Under the pieces are notes generated by a model that was given only the letters and a program-made list of their open reading frames with translations, was not told the DNA's origin and made no database searches. A stretch of 64,000 bases of DNA from Deltaproteobacteria bacterium (GTDB taxonomy: Bacteria; JAGRBM01; JAHCIT01). Both the position numbers and the translations under genes were made by a program. Position 1 is the stretch's first letter; every line of letters begins with the position of its first letter. The stretch covers positions 128,235 to 192,234 of the forward strand of contig JAHCIT010000006.1 in assembly GCA_026129095.1 (NCBI GenBank), written 5' to 3'. Shown one piece after another: positions 8,955 to 17,203 of the stretch.

Positions 8955-10854
8955 AAGCACGGTTCCTGAAGGCCGCCGGGAATGGCCCGTGGTCATTCTG
9001 GTATCCATCCTGGTTGCTATCGCTGCCAGTATCCCGGTGTTCTGTTTCCGCTGGTGGGCAACGCACGATTCGATTTCCTATCCGCTCAGGCTTGCCGAGT
9101 TCAGCCAGCATGTTTTCGAAGGCGAGTGGTATCCCCGCTGGGCGAGCAACTTTTACTGGGGATACGGCTATCCGCTGTTCAACTTCTACCCGCCTCTCGG
9201 CAACTACATCGGGACAGCCATTCATGCAGTGGGCGCACCTGTCCTGACGGCAACGAAATGCCTCGAACTTATCACCTGGCTCGTCGCCTTCGCCGGCCTG
9301 TACCGGCTCTGCCGTCTGCTGGTGACAGCCGATGCCGCCCTGCTGGCGGCAGCTACCGGAACACTGGCGCCCTACCGGTTCGTGGACATCTATGTCCGTG
9401 GCGATCTGGCTGAAACGCTCGCTTCCGCCCTCGTTCCGCTGGTTTTTGCGGAGGCGTTGCTGCTGGCACGGCAATCCTGCCGCGCAGCCGGCTTGAGGCT
9501 CGCAGTGCTGCTCGCGCTGGTATTCTATTCCCACACCCTGACGGCCTTCATGACCTCCATCGCGCTGGCCCTGTTCGGCCTCTGGCATCTGGCCCGGAAG
9601 AATCGCGCCGGGTTCATCCGTACGGCCCTCTGGAGCGGCCTCGGGCTCCTTTACTCGGCCGCCTACTGGTTTCCCGCCTTTGCCGAAAAGAAGTGGGTGA
9701 ATGTGTCGGTCATGACCCAGAGGCGGGACAGCTACACCTTCTTCTGGGGCGATCATTTCCTCGAATGGTGGCAGCGGCTCGATCTCACCTTCGGCTTCGG
9801 TCCGTCCCTGCCGGGCCCGGAAGACAGAATGAACTTCGCCGCGAGTTACCTGATTCTCGCCGCCGTGCCCTACGCACTCTGCCGCCTGCGCGAGGCCGGA
9901 GGCCGCCGCCGCTACGGGCCACCACTTCTGGCGCTGGCGGCCGTGCAGCTGATGATGCTGCCGGTCTCGTCGCCGCTCTGGGCGAACCTGCCGCTCATTG
10001 GCTTCTTCCAGTTCCCCTGGCGGTTCCTCATTCTCGACACGGTCATCGGCACCGCCATCTTTGCACTCGCGGCCGGCGAACTATGGGACGAACGGCAGCC
10101 GTGGCTGGTCGGGGGGACCGCTGCCGCCGCCTCCATCGCGTTTGTGACGGGTGTCATCCAGAACAGTCTCACGACGGTTCCGGCCCCTTCGGTGATTCCA
10201 TCGCTCTGGCTGCTGGCTGTCATTGCCGGAACCGCGCTCCTCTGCTGGAAAGCCGTACCCGGTCCTGCCGGGCGGCTCCTCCCCCTTCCCCTTCTGGCAG
10301 CCGCTCCCGTGCTGCTGGCGACCATCGTCCACGCACAGGCGACCGAATACCCGCGTAGCGTCACGGCGGATAACCCCGCTCTCTCCAGCGCGGCGGTCCG
10401 GCGCGATGCCTCCGTCCGGTTCTGGCAGGGAGCGCCGCGCCCCATTGAGACGACAGCACCGGACGAGTTCCTGCCCATCACCGTCCAGGAGATTCCGTCC
10501 TACAGGGAGCGGGGGCAGGTGCGTTTTGAATCGGGAACCGGCAGCTACGAGCTTCTGGAAACACGGGCCTCGCTCCGCCGCTGGCGGCTGGAAAGCCCCG
10601 GACCCCAGCCGGTCCGGCTGCCCGCGTTCTGGTTCCCCGGCTGGGAAACGATCCTGAACGGAACTCCCGTCCCCACTGCACCCGGCCGCGACGGACTGAT
10701 CCGGCTGGAGATACCGGCCGGCGAAAACCTGATCTCGATCCGTTATGCCGGCAGCCGGATATCGCTGCTGGCGGAACTCATCACCGCGCTCTCGCTGGCC
10801 GGAACGGGGCTTATCTGGCTGTGGACGCGGCGGCGGTCCGCCGCCGCGTCGTGA
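8938..10854 (+). CDS. PTPS-related/YfhO-like GT-C-type membrane protein (paralogue of the preceding domain)
   Basis: THD...YPRWASNFYWGYGYPLFNFYPP, RGDLAE, FYSH, QFPWR, DEFLP, FWFPGW. Confidence 0.85.
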   Translation: MSGPPESTVPEGRREWPVVILVSILVAIAASIPVFCFRWWATHDSISYPLRLAEFSQHVFEGEWYPRWASNFYWGYGYPLFNFYPPLGNYIGTAIHAVGAPVLTATKCLELITWLVAFAGLYRLCRLLVTADAALLAAATGTLAPYRFVDIYVRGDLAETLASALVPLVFAEALLLARQSCRAAGLRLAVLLALVFYSHTLTAFMTSIALALFGLWHLARKNRAGFIRTALWSGLGLLYSAAYWFPAFAEKKWVNVSVMTQRRDSYTFFWGDHFLEWWQRLDLTFGFGPSLPGPEDRMNFAASYLILAAVPYALCRLREAGGRRRYGPPLLALAAVQLMMLPVSSPLWANLPLIGFFQFPWRFLILDTVIGTAIFALAAGELWDERQPWLVGGTAAAASIAFVTGVIQNSLTTVPAPSVIPSLWLLAVIAGTALLCWKAVPGPAGRLLPLPLLAAAPVLLATIVHAQATEYPRSVTADNPALSSAAVRRDASVRFWQGAPRPIETTAPDEFLPITVQEIPSYRERGQVRFESGTGSYELLETRASLRRWRLESPGPQPVRLPAFWFPGWETILNGTPVPTAPGRDGLIRLEIPAGENLISIRYAGSRISLLAELITALSLAGTGLIWLWTRRRSAAAS

Positions 10855-10867
10855 CCAGGATGCCCTC

Positions 10868-13318
10868 TTAGACCGCCTCGATGCGGGTCGGCCACCAGGC
10901 CGCCGGGCTGGCGGGCGGTTTCATAAGCATCGGGATTTCTGCCTCGGGCACCAGCACGTGCTGGAACAGCTCTTCCATCCGGCTCACGAAGATGAACTCC
11001 ATATCCGCCTTGACCTGCGGATCCAGTTCCATGATATCCGGCTCGTTCCGCTTGCACAGGACGACCCGCTTGATGCCTGCGCGCCGGGCGGCGAGCATCT
11101 TTTCCTTGATGCCGCCCACCGGGAGCACCTGCCCGCGCAGCGTGATCTCGCCCGTCATGGCGGTATCGCTCCGCACGGGGCGGCCGGTCAGCAGCGAAGT
11201 GATTGCCGCCAGCATCGTCACGCCGGCCGATGGGCCATCCTTCGGGATCGCGCCCGCCGGCACGTGAATGTGAATGTCGTTTTTCTGGAACACCTCTTCA
11301 GTAATCCCCAGACGTGCTGCATTGGCACGGACGAACGACAGGGCCGCATGCGCCGACTCCTTCATCACGTCGCCCAGCTGTCCGGTCAGCTGGAGATTTC
11401 CCTTGCCGGACATGATCGTCGCCTCGATGAACAGAATGTCGCCGCCCACCGGCGTCCAGGCGAGGCCCGTCGCCACGCCGCTGGTTGACAGCCGCTCGGC
11501 CGTATCAAGGGTGAACTTCTTCTGGCCGAGATACTTGCTCAGCTCCGCCGGGGTGACGGTGATCTTTTCGGATGGAGCGCCTTCCTCGCGGCTCGCTACT
11601 TCCTTGGCGACTGCACGGCAGACCGAGGCGATTTCCCGCTCGAAGTTCCTCAGCCCGGCTTCCCGGGTGTAGGAGTGGATCACCTCGTTGATGGCATCGT
11701 CGGTGATCTCCAGCATGCCGGCAGTGAGGGCGTGATTCTCCATCTGCCGCGGGACGATGTATTTCTTCGCGATCTGGAGCTTCTCCTCGGACGTGTAACC
11801 GGGAATCTCGATCACCTCCATGCGGTCCCTGAGCGGAGCCGGAATCGGGTCGAGCTGGTTTGCCGTCGCGATGAAAAACACCTTCGACAGGTCGAACGGA
11901 ACGTCCAGATAGTGATCCTGGAACGAGTTGTTCTGCTCGGGGTCGAGCACTTCCAGAAGCGCCGAAGACGGATCGCCCCGGAAGTCGGCGCCAACCTTGT
12001 CCACCTCGTCCAGGATGAAGACCGGGTTATTCGAACCGGCCCGCTTGATCCCCTGAACAACCTTGCCGGGCAGCGCCCCGACATAGGTCCGCCGGTGGCC
12101 CCGTATCTCCGCCTCGTCGCGGACGCCGCCCAGCGACATCCGGACGAACTTCCGGTCGAGCGCCCGGGCGATCGACTTGCCAAGCGAGGTCTTTCCGACG
12201 CCCGGCGGCCCTACCAGACACAGGATCGGACCCTTCATGTCGGGTTTCAGCTTGCGGACAGCCAGGTATTCCAGAATGCGCCGCTTTACCTTGTCGAGGC
12301 CGTAGTGGTCCTCGTTCAGGATCGTCTCGGCAGCCTTGATCTCAAGGGTGTCCTTAGTCGTCACGCTCCACGGCATGTCGATGAGCCAGTCGAGGTACGT
12401 CCGGCTGACGGTATATTCACTGGAGGCCGGCGACATCCGCGACAGGCGCTTCAGTTCATTATCGGCCGCCGTGCGGGCGTCTTCCGGCATCCCGGCCTTT
12501 TCGATCTTGGCCCGGAGCTCGTCCATCTCGTCGGCGCGGTCGTCGCTCTCGCCCAGTTCCTTGCGGATCGCCTTGAGCTGCTCGCGCAGGTAGTACTCCC
12601 GCTGATTCTTATCCATCTCCGAGCGGACCTCGAAGTTGATCTTCTGGGTCAGTTCGAGGACATGCACTTCATTCTGAAGCAGCGTCATCACCTTCTGGAG
12701 CCGGGTCATCAGGTCCACGGTCTCCAGAATCTCCTGCCGCTTGTCGATGGCGATGTTGATATGCCCGGCAATGAGATAGGCGAGGTAGTTCGGATCCTCG
12801 ACGTTCTCAATCACCTGTCCGGCCTCGTCCGGAATGTTCGGCGACAGCTCGATGGCCTTCTGCGCGGCCTGCTTGAGGTTCCGCACGACGGCCTGGATAT
12901 GAGCCTCGTAGCCCTGCGGCACCGTGTCGGGAATCACCTCGATCCGGGCGAAGTGGTACGGCTCGGTCCGGAGTCCCTCGACGATCTTGAACCGCACGAG
13001 CCCTTCGACCACGAGGTTCTCGGTATCCTGGTTGACCTTGAAGGTCTTCACGATTTTCGCGGCTGTTCCGTAGGCGTATACATCGGTCCAGAGTGGGTCT
13101 TCGGTCATGGGCGACCGCTGCGTGATGACACCGATGATCTTGTCCTTCTTGAGGGCGTCCTCGACCAGCGTGACAGACTTCTTCCGCCCCACCGAGAGCG
13201 GAATGTAGGCTCCCGGATAAAGGACCGAGTTACGGAGCGGCAGGATCGGGATTTCCGACGGAATGGAATTGGGATCCAGCTTGCCCTGGCTCTTGAAATA
13301 CTGGTCGAATATTTTCAT
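10868..13318 (-). CDS. lon: ATP-dependent Lon protease
   Basis: LPLRN N-domain, GPPGVGKTS, HRRTYVGALPG, PKDGPSAG (Ser), GGIKEK (Lys). Confidence 0.98.
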   Translation of the reverse strand: MKIFDQYFKSQGKLDPNSIPSEIPILPLRNSVLYPGAYIPLSVGRKKSVTLVEDALKKDKIIGVITQRSPMTEDPLWTDVYAYGTAAKIVKTFKVNQDTENLVVEGLVRFKIVEGLRTEPYHFARIEVIPDTVPQGYEAHIQAVVRNLKQAAQKAIELSPNIPDEAGQVIENVEDPNYLAYLIAGHINIAIDKRQEILETVDLMTRLQKVMTLLQNEVHVLELTQKINFEVRSEMDKNQREYYLREQLKAIRKELGESDDRADEMDELRAKIEKAGMPEDARTAADNELKRLSRMSPASSEYTVSRTYLDWLIDMPWSVTTKDTLEIKAAETILNEDHYGLDKVKRRILEYLAVRKLKPDMKGPILCLVGPPGVGKTSLGKSIARALDRKFVRMSLGGVRDEAEIRGHRRTYVGALPGKVVQGIKRAGSNNPVFILDEVDKVGADFRGDPSSALLEVLDPEQNNSFQDHYLDVPFDLSKVFFIATANQLDPIPAPLRDRMEVIEIPGYTSEEKLQIAKKYIVPRQMENHALTAGMLEITDDAINEVIHSYTREAGLRNFEREIASVCRAVAKEVASREEGAPSEKITVTPAELSKYLGQKKFTLDTAERLSTSGVATGLAWTPVGGDILFIEATIMSGKGNLQLTGQLGDVMKESAHAALSFVRANAARLGITEEVFQKNDIHIHVPAGAIPKDGPSAGVTMLAAITSLLTGRPVRSDTAMTGEITLRGQVLPVGGIKEKMLAARRAGIKRVVLCKRNEPDIMELDPQVKADMEFIFVSRMEELFQHVLVPEAEIPMLMKPPASPAAWWPTRIEAV

Positions 13319-13495
13319 TTAGACTGTTTCTCCACGACATAGCCCGGCCCTTCCCGGCTACGTACAGCTTAGACTAACCACGGCCCGTGTCATTTCCACC
13401 CGGTAAAGTTCACATCCATAGGAAAATTCCGGATGACGCGCCGCACCGAAGCCGTGCTGCGCCAAATCACCATCAATTACAACCGGTATTCTGGC

Positions 13496-15034
13496 TTATT
13501 TCAGCCGGATCACCAGCAAACGTGGCTGTCCCTGCCGGAGCAGGCGCACCATGATCCGGCCCGACGGGCGGGCATCCTTGACCGCATCCACAAGATCCTT
13601 GCTGCTACGGATAGTCCGGTTTCCTGCATCGACAACCACATCACCTGGACGAATCCCGGCCTGGAAAGCTGCACTGCCCGGCTTCACGGAAGTGACGATC
13701 ACGCCCTCCACATCCGGTCCGACACCCGCACGGGAACGGAGCTCGGGTGTGAGGTTCTGCACCTCGATGCCGATAACATCCGTGGGGGCCGGGCCCTGAT
13801 CGGCTCCAGCACCCATTTCCACCGAGCCATCATCCTTCAGTTCCGTCAGGACCACATCCACCGTACGGACCTTCCCGTCACGAAGCACCTCGACCGGCAT
13901 CTTCTGGCCCATGGGCGAATGGGCAACCACCCGCGGCAGATCACTCTGTTTTTCCACCGGCTGATTATTGAACTTGAGGATCACGTCCTTGTCCTTGATG
14001 CCGGCCTTGTCGGCGGGCGAGTCCTTCACCACCTGGGAAACAAGCGCCCCCTTGGGTTCCGGAAGCCCCAGCACCTCGGCCAGATCCTTGTCCATCGCCT
14101 GGATGAACACGCCGAGCCAGGCACGGCGAACCCGGCCCTCTTTCAGTTGCGGGAGAAGATCCTTGACGATGTTGATGGGGATGGCGAAACCGATCCCCTG
14201 CGCGGCGGCATTGATCGCCGTATTGACACCGACCACCCGGCCGTCGAGCGAGATCAACGGCCCTCCGGAATTGCCCGGATTGATGGCTGTATCGGTCTGG
14301 ATGAAATCGTCATAGTTGCTCATGCCGATCTCGCGGCCCTTGGCCGACACGATGCCGAGCGTCACCGTGTTGGCGAGACCGAACGGGTTGCCGATGGCAA
14401 CCACCCAGTCGCCCGGCTCGATCTGGTCCGAATCCCCGAGATCAACCATCGGCAGACCGTCAGCGCCTTCTGCCTGGATCAGGGCCACGTCGATCTTGGG
14501 GTCACGGCCGATGATCTTCGCATGGAACTCCCGGCGGTCCCGGAGCACGACGGTGATATCCTCGGCATTCTCGACCACATGATTGTTCGTCAGGATCAGT
14601 CCCGACGGGTCAATGATGAATCCGGTCCCGAGACTGTCACGGGGAATCTCGCTGGGCATCTGCTCCATGAACCGGTCCATGAAACCCGGCCCGAAGAACT
14701 CGTCGAACGGGGTTCGCGGACGCTGCCGCTGGCCCACCTGTGCCCGGCGAATCTTGGTCTGGACCTTCAGGTTCACCACCGACGGGCCCACCGATTTCAC
14801 CAGTGGCGCCAGTGACGGCAGCCCCGCGGCTATGGACGGCGGCACCTGGGGGGCCTGTGCCGGAGCGGCAGGCGAGCCGCGGCGCTGCTGTGCCGAAGCG
14901 CTCTGGATTTCAGCCGGGCGTTCTGCCCCGGCCGGGACATCCGGCCTGTCAGAGCGGCTGAAGATCGCGGGGGAAAAGACCATCCCGGCCGCAAACACGC
15001 CAATAATACCAGCCAGTTGCAAGATTCTCCGCAT
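13496..15034 (-). CDS. degP: DegP/DegQ (Do) periplasmic serine protease with two PDZ domains
   Basis: Signal peptide, LTNNHVV, DVAL, INPGNSGGPL, two PDZ regions. Start placed at MRRILQ. Confidence 0.92.
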   Translation of the reverse strand: MRRILQLAGIIGVFAAGMVFSPAIFSRSDRPDVPAGAERPAEIQSASAQQRRGSPAAPAQAPQVPPSIAAGLPSLAPLVKSVGPSVVNLKVQTKIRRAQVGQRQRPRTPFDEFFGPGFMDRFMEQMPSEIPRDSLGTGFIIDPSGLILTNNHVVENAEDITVVLRDRREFHAKIIGRDPKIDVALIQAEGADGLPMVDLGDSDQIEPGDWVVAIGNPFGLANTVTLGIVSAKGREIGMSNYDDFIQTDTAINPGNSGGPLISLDGRVVGVNTAINAAAQGIGFAIPINIVKDLLPQLKEGRVRRAWLGVFIQAMDKDLAEVLGLPEPKGALVSQVVKDSPADKAGIKDKDVILKFNNQPVEKQSDLPRVVAHSPMGQKMPVEVLRDGKVRTVDVVLTELKDDGSVEMGAGADQGPAPTDVIGIEVQNLTPELRSRAGVGPDVEGVIVTSVKPGSAAFQAGIRPGDVVVDAGNRTIRSSKDLVDAVKDARPSGRIMVRLLRQGQPRLLVIRLK

Positions 15035-15154
15035 GGGGTCATTCCTCACATGAACAGAAAAGGCGCGGACCGCGGCCAAAGCACGTTCCGCTGCCAGTCA
15101 CTCTAATCATCCCGCCCGGGGGATCAACCTCAAGATACGCACTGTCCGTGCCGG

Positions 15155-16057
15155 TCACCATCCGGCCAGTGTCGCGGCAAACTCCCGCTCGACACCCAGC
15201 ATGTCCCGGCCGTCCACACCAGGAGCGCCGGCGGGCAGCCGGCCGTCCCGCTTCAGCGCAATCCGGTAGCCGGTAGCCGCCGCAAGGTTGTCCTTGCCTG
15301 TCGGGTCGTTCTTCAGCGCCGGGGCACGGTCGGGGTTGCGGAAGAAATCGCGGGTCGCCTTGAGCGCCAGATGCCGTGCGCGCTCGGCCATCTCCCGGTC
15401 GGGCTGTCTGGCCGATACACGGTCCTGCCGTTGCACCCACTGGATGAACTTCGGATGCGTGTTGGCAATCAGCATCCCGCGAAACAGGGACTTGTTCGCC
15501 GAGAACGGGAGCACCGGCGTCTCGATGATGCTCTCCAGCCAGGGATCGACCTCGCGGTAATGCTGGTCGTGGGCCTTGAGCGCCAGCGGGCCCAGTCTTT
15601 CGAGAAGCGGCGCATCGAAACGCATCTCCCAGTATGGATGTGACGCATTGGGCTGGTTCCACGCCTTCACGAGCTGGGTGGGAACGAAGTAGTTGTGCGC
15701 GACGGTATCGGCGGCCAGATGCGCGAGGTAGCCCCACGCGAATGCGCGCTGCACGTCGGTCCGGGCACGCTCCACCAGAGGGAAGGCAACATCCCAGTTG
15801 TGCACATGCTTGTCCCACTTCTTCGTGCGCTTCCAGACGCATATGTCGGCGCCAACCGTCCCATAGATGAAGGCAAGCGGATTGCGTTCCAGGACCGGCC
15901 GTATCGAAGCGTAAACGAATCCAATCTGGTCCAGAACCGACTGGCCGTAGTAGACATGCGCCCCGCCACCCCAGGCGAACGCATCGGCCGGGAAGAGGAA
16001 AACAGCGGCGGCGATACCAGCCGCGACAGCCCATAGCCGCGAATATCCCTTCGACAA
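15155..16057 (-). CDS. Secreted zinc-dependent phospholipase C / P1-nuclease superfamily protein
   Basis: Signal peptide ending ADAFA|WGGGAH (mature N-terminal Trp and His), GADI, H.W, GYLAHLAADTVAH, HPYWE. The TTG start at 16057 has a Shine-Dalgarno sequence (alternative start 16099). Confidence 0.8.
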   Translation of the reverse strand: MSKGYSRLWAVAAGIAAAVFLFPADAFAWGGGAHVYYGQSVLDQIGFVYASIRPVLERNPLAFIYGTVGADICVWKRTKKWDKHVHNWDVAFPLVERARTDVQRAFAWGYLAHLAADTVAHNYFVPTQLVKAWNQPNASHPYWEMRFDAPLLERLGPLALKAHDQHYREVDPWLESIIETPVLPFSANKSLFRGMLIANTHPKFIQWVQRQDRVSARQPDREMAERARHLALKATRDFFRNPDRAPALKNDPTGKDNLAAATGYRIALKRDGRLPAGAPGVDGRDMLGVEREFAATLAGW

Positions 16058-16297
16058 CTGGCCCCTCGCCTCCTGATGCTGCCTATAACCGCTGTTCAAT
16101 GAATTCTGCTCCCTCTTGCGGATGAAAATCCGCTCACCTTACCCCTGAATGCTGCTTTATTTAGTCTGTCCATGCTCTGACCTTTATCAAGGTGCCCGCC
16201 GCCCGGATTGAAAAAACCCGCTACCTCGCGTAACCGGTGGGATGACCGCCCGGGGTTTTGAGGACCAGCCACCCGGGACGGCTGGAGCCCGGTTTCC

Positions 16298-16546
16298 ATG
16301 TCCGAACTCGCCTCACCCACCCTGGCCGAAATGTGCGAAAAACAGGGCCAATGGCACAAGGCCGCCTCCATCTGGGCGCAACTTCTGGCCCGCGACCCCC
16401 TGGATGAAACCGTCCTCGCCCGCTTCCAGAAGGCCCGCGACCGGGCCCGCGCCGAACCGAAACCTGTACCCGCCGCAGCAGCCGAACTGGAACGCTGGCT
16501 CACGCGGCTCCGGGGCCGGTTCCCGGCACTGGCCGGGAGACGCTGA
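16298..16546 (+). CDS. Small TPR-like hypothetical protein
   Basis: SPTLAEMCEKQG.W.KAASIW.QLL helix motif. Its stop lies 2 nt before the aroQ start. Confidence 0.6.
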   Translation: MSELASPTLAEMCEKQGQWHKAASIWAQLLARDPLDETVLARFQKARDRARAEPKPVPAAAAELERWLTRLRGRFPALAGRR

Positions 16547-16548
16547 CA

Positions 16549-17067
16549 ATGCCGGTTGCCAGGCACACCACGGGCCGGGAAAAAACCGCCTCATCGCGCG
16601 GCCGCAAAAGTCCCCCTGGCGGCCTTCGCGTACTGGTTCTCAGCGGCCCTAACCTGAACCTCCTTGGAAAACGGGAACCCGGTATTTACGGAAACCTCAC
16701 GCTGGCGGAGATAATCGCCCGCCTGGTGGCCAAGGGGAAAAAGATGGGCGTGAGGGTCTCCCACTTCCAGTCGAACCATGAAGGTGCGCTGATCGACCGG
16801 ATTCAGAAATCCGGTCCTGCAGTGGACGGCATTCTGTTCAATCCGGGCGGCTATACCCACACGTCGGTGGCGCTCCGCGATGCACTGCTTGCGGTCGGAA
16901 CACCGTTTGTTGAGGTTCATCTTTCCGACCCCGAAAAGCGGGAACCCTTCCGCCGCCGCTCTTTTTTCACCGACATCGCCGTGGCCCAGGTGAAGGGCCT
17001 CGGCCCCGGTTCCTATCCGGAAGCCCTCGACCGGTTGCTTGCACACCTCAAGACCCGCCCCAAATGA
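16549..17067 (+). CDS. aroQ: Type II 3-dehydroquinate dehydratase
   Basis: GPNLNLLGKREPGIYG, QSNHEG, NPGGYTHTSVALRDA, VEVHLS, REPFR. Confidence 0.96.
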   Translation: MPVARHTTGREKTASSRGRKSPPGGLRVLVLSGPNLNLLGKREPGIYGNLTLAEIIARLVAKGKKMGVRVSHFQSNHEGALIDRIQKSGPAVDGILFNPGGYTHTSVALRDALLAVGTPFVEVHLSDPEKREPFRRRSFFTDIAVAQVKGLGPGSYPEALDRLLAHLKTRPK

Positions 17068-17203
17068 CTCATTCTGAAGCGGGTTCAGGCCGCCGGATGC
17101 GCCAGGCGGCACTTTCGCCGTAAAACAAATCCTTCCAGTCCCTGCACCAGCACCCTAATTCAGCCTATACTGCGCCCATCAACCTCAAGGGAACCGGTAC
17201 TGC

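Noticed and set aside
6990-10854. 6-pyruvoyl-tetrahydropterin synthase function
   Set aside because: The family name is historical. These are multipass membrane proteins in a glycosyltransferase context, with no PTPS catalytic motifs.
11675-13342. Long + strand ORF (555 aa) and similar long antisense ORFs (13433-14815, 21910-23391, 27759-29663, 33613-35250, 6030-7814, 59087-60226)
   Set aside because: Shadow frames of well-supported genes on the opposite strand in GC-rich DNA, with no motifs.
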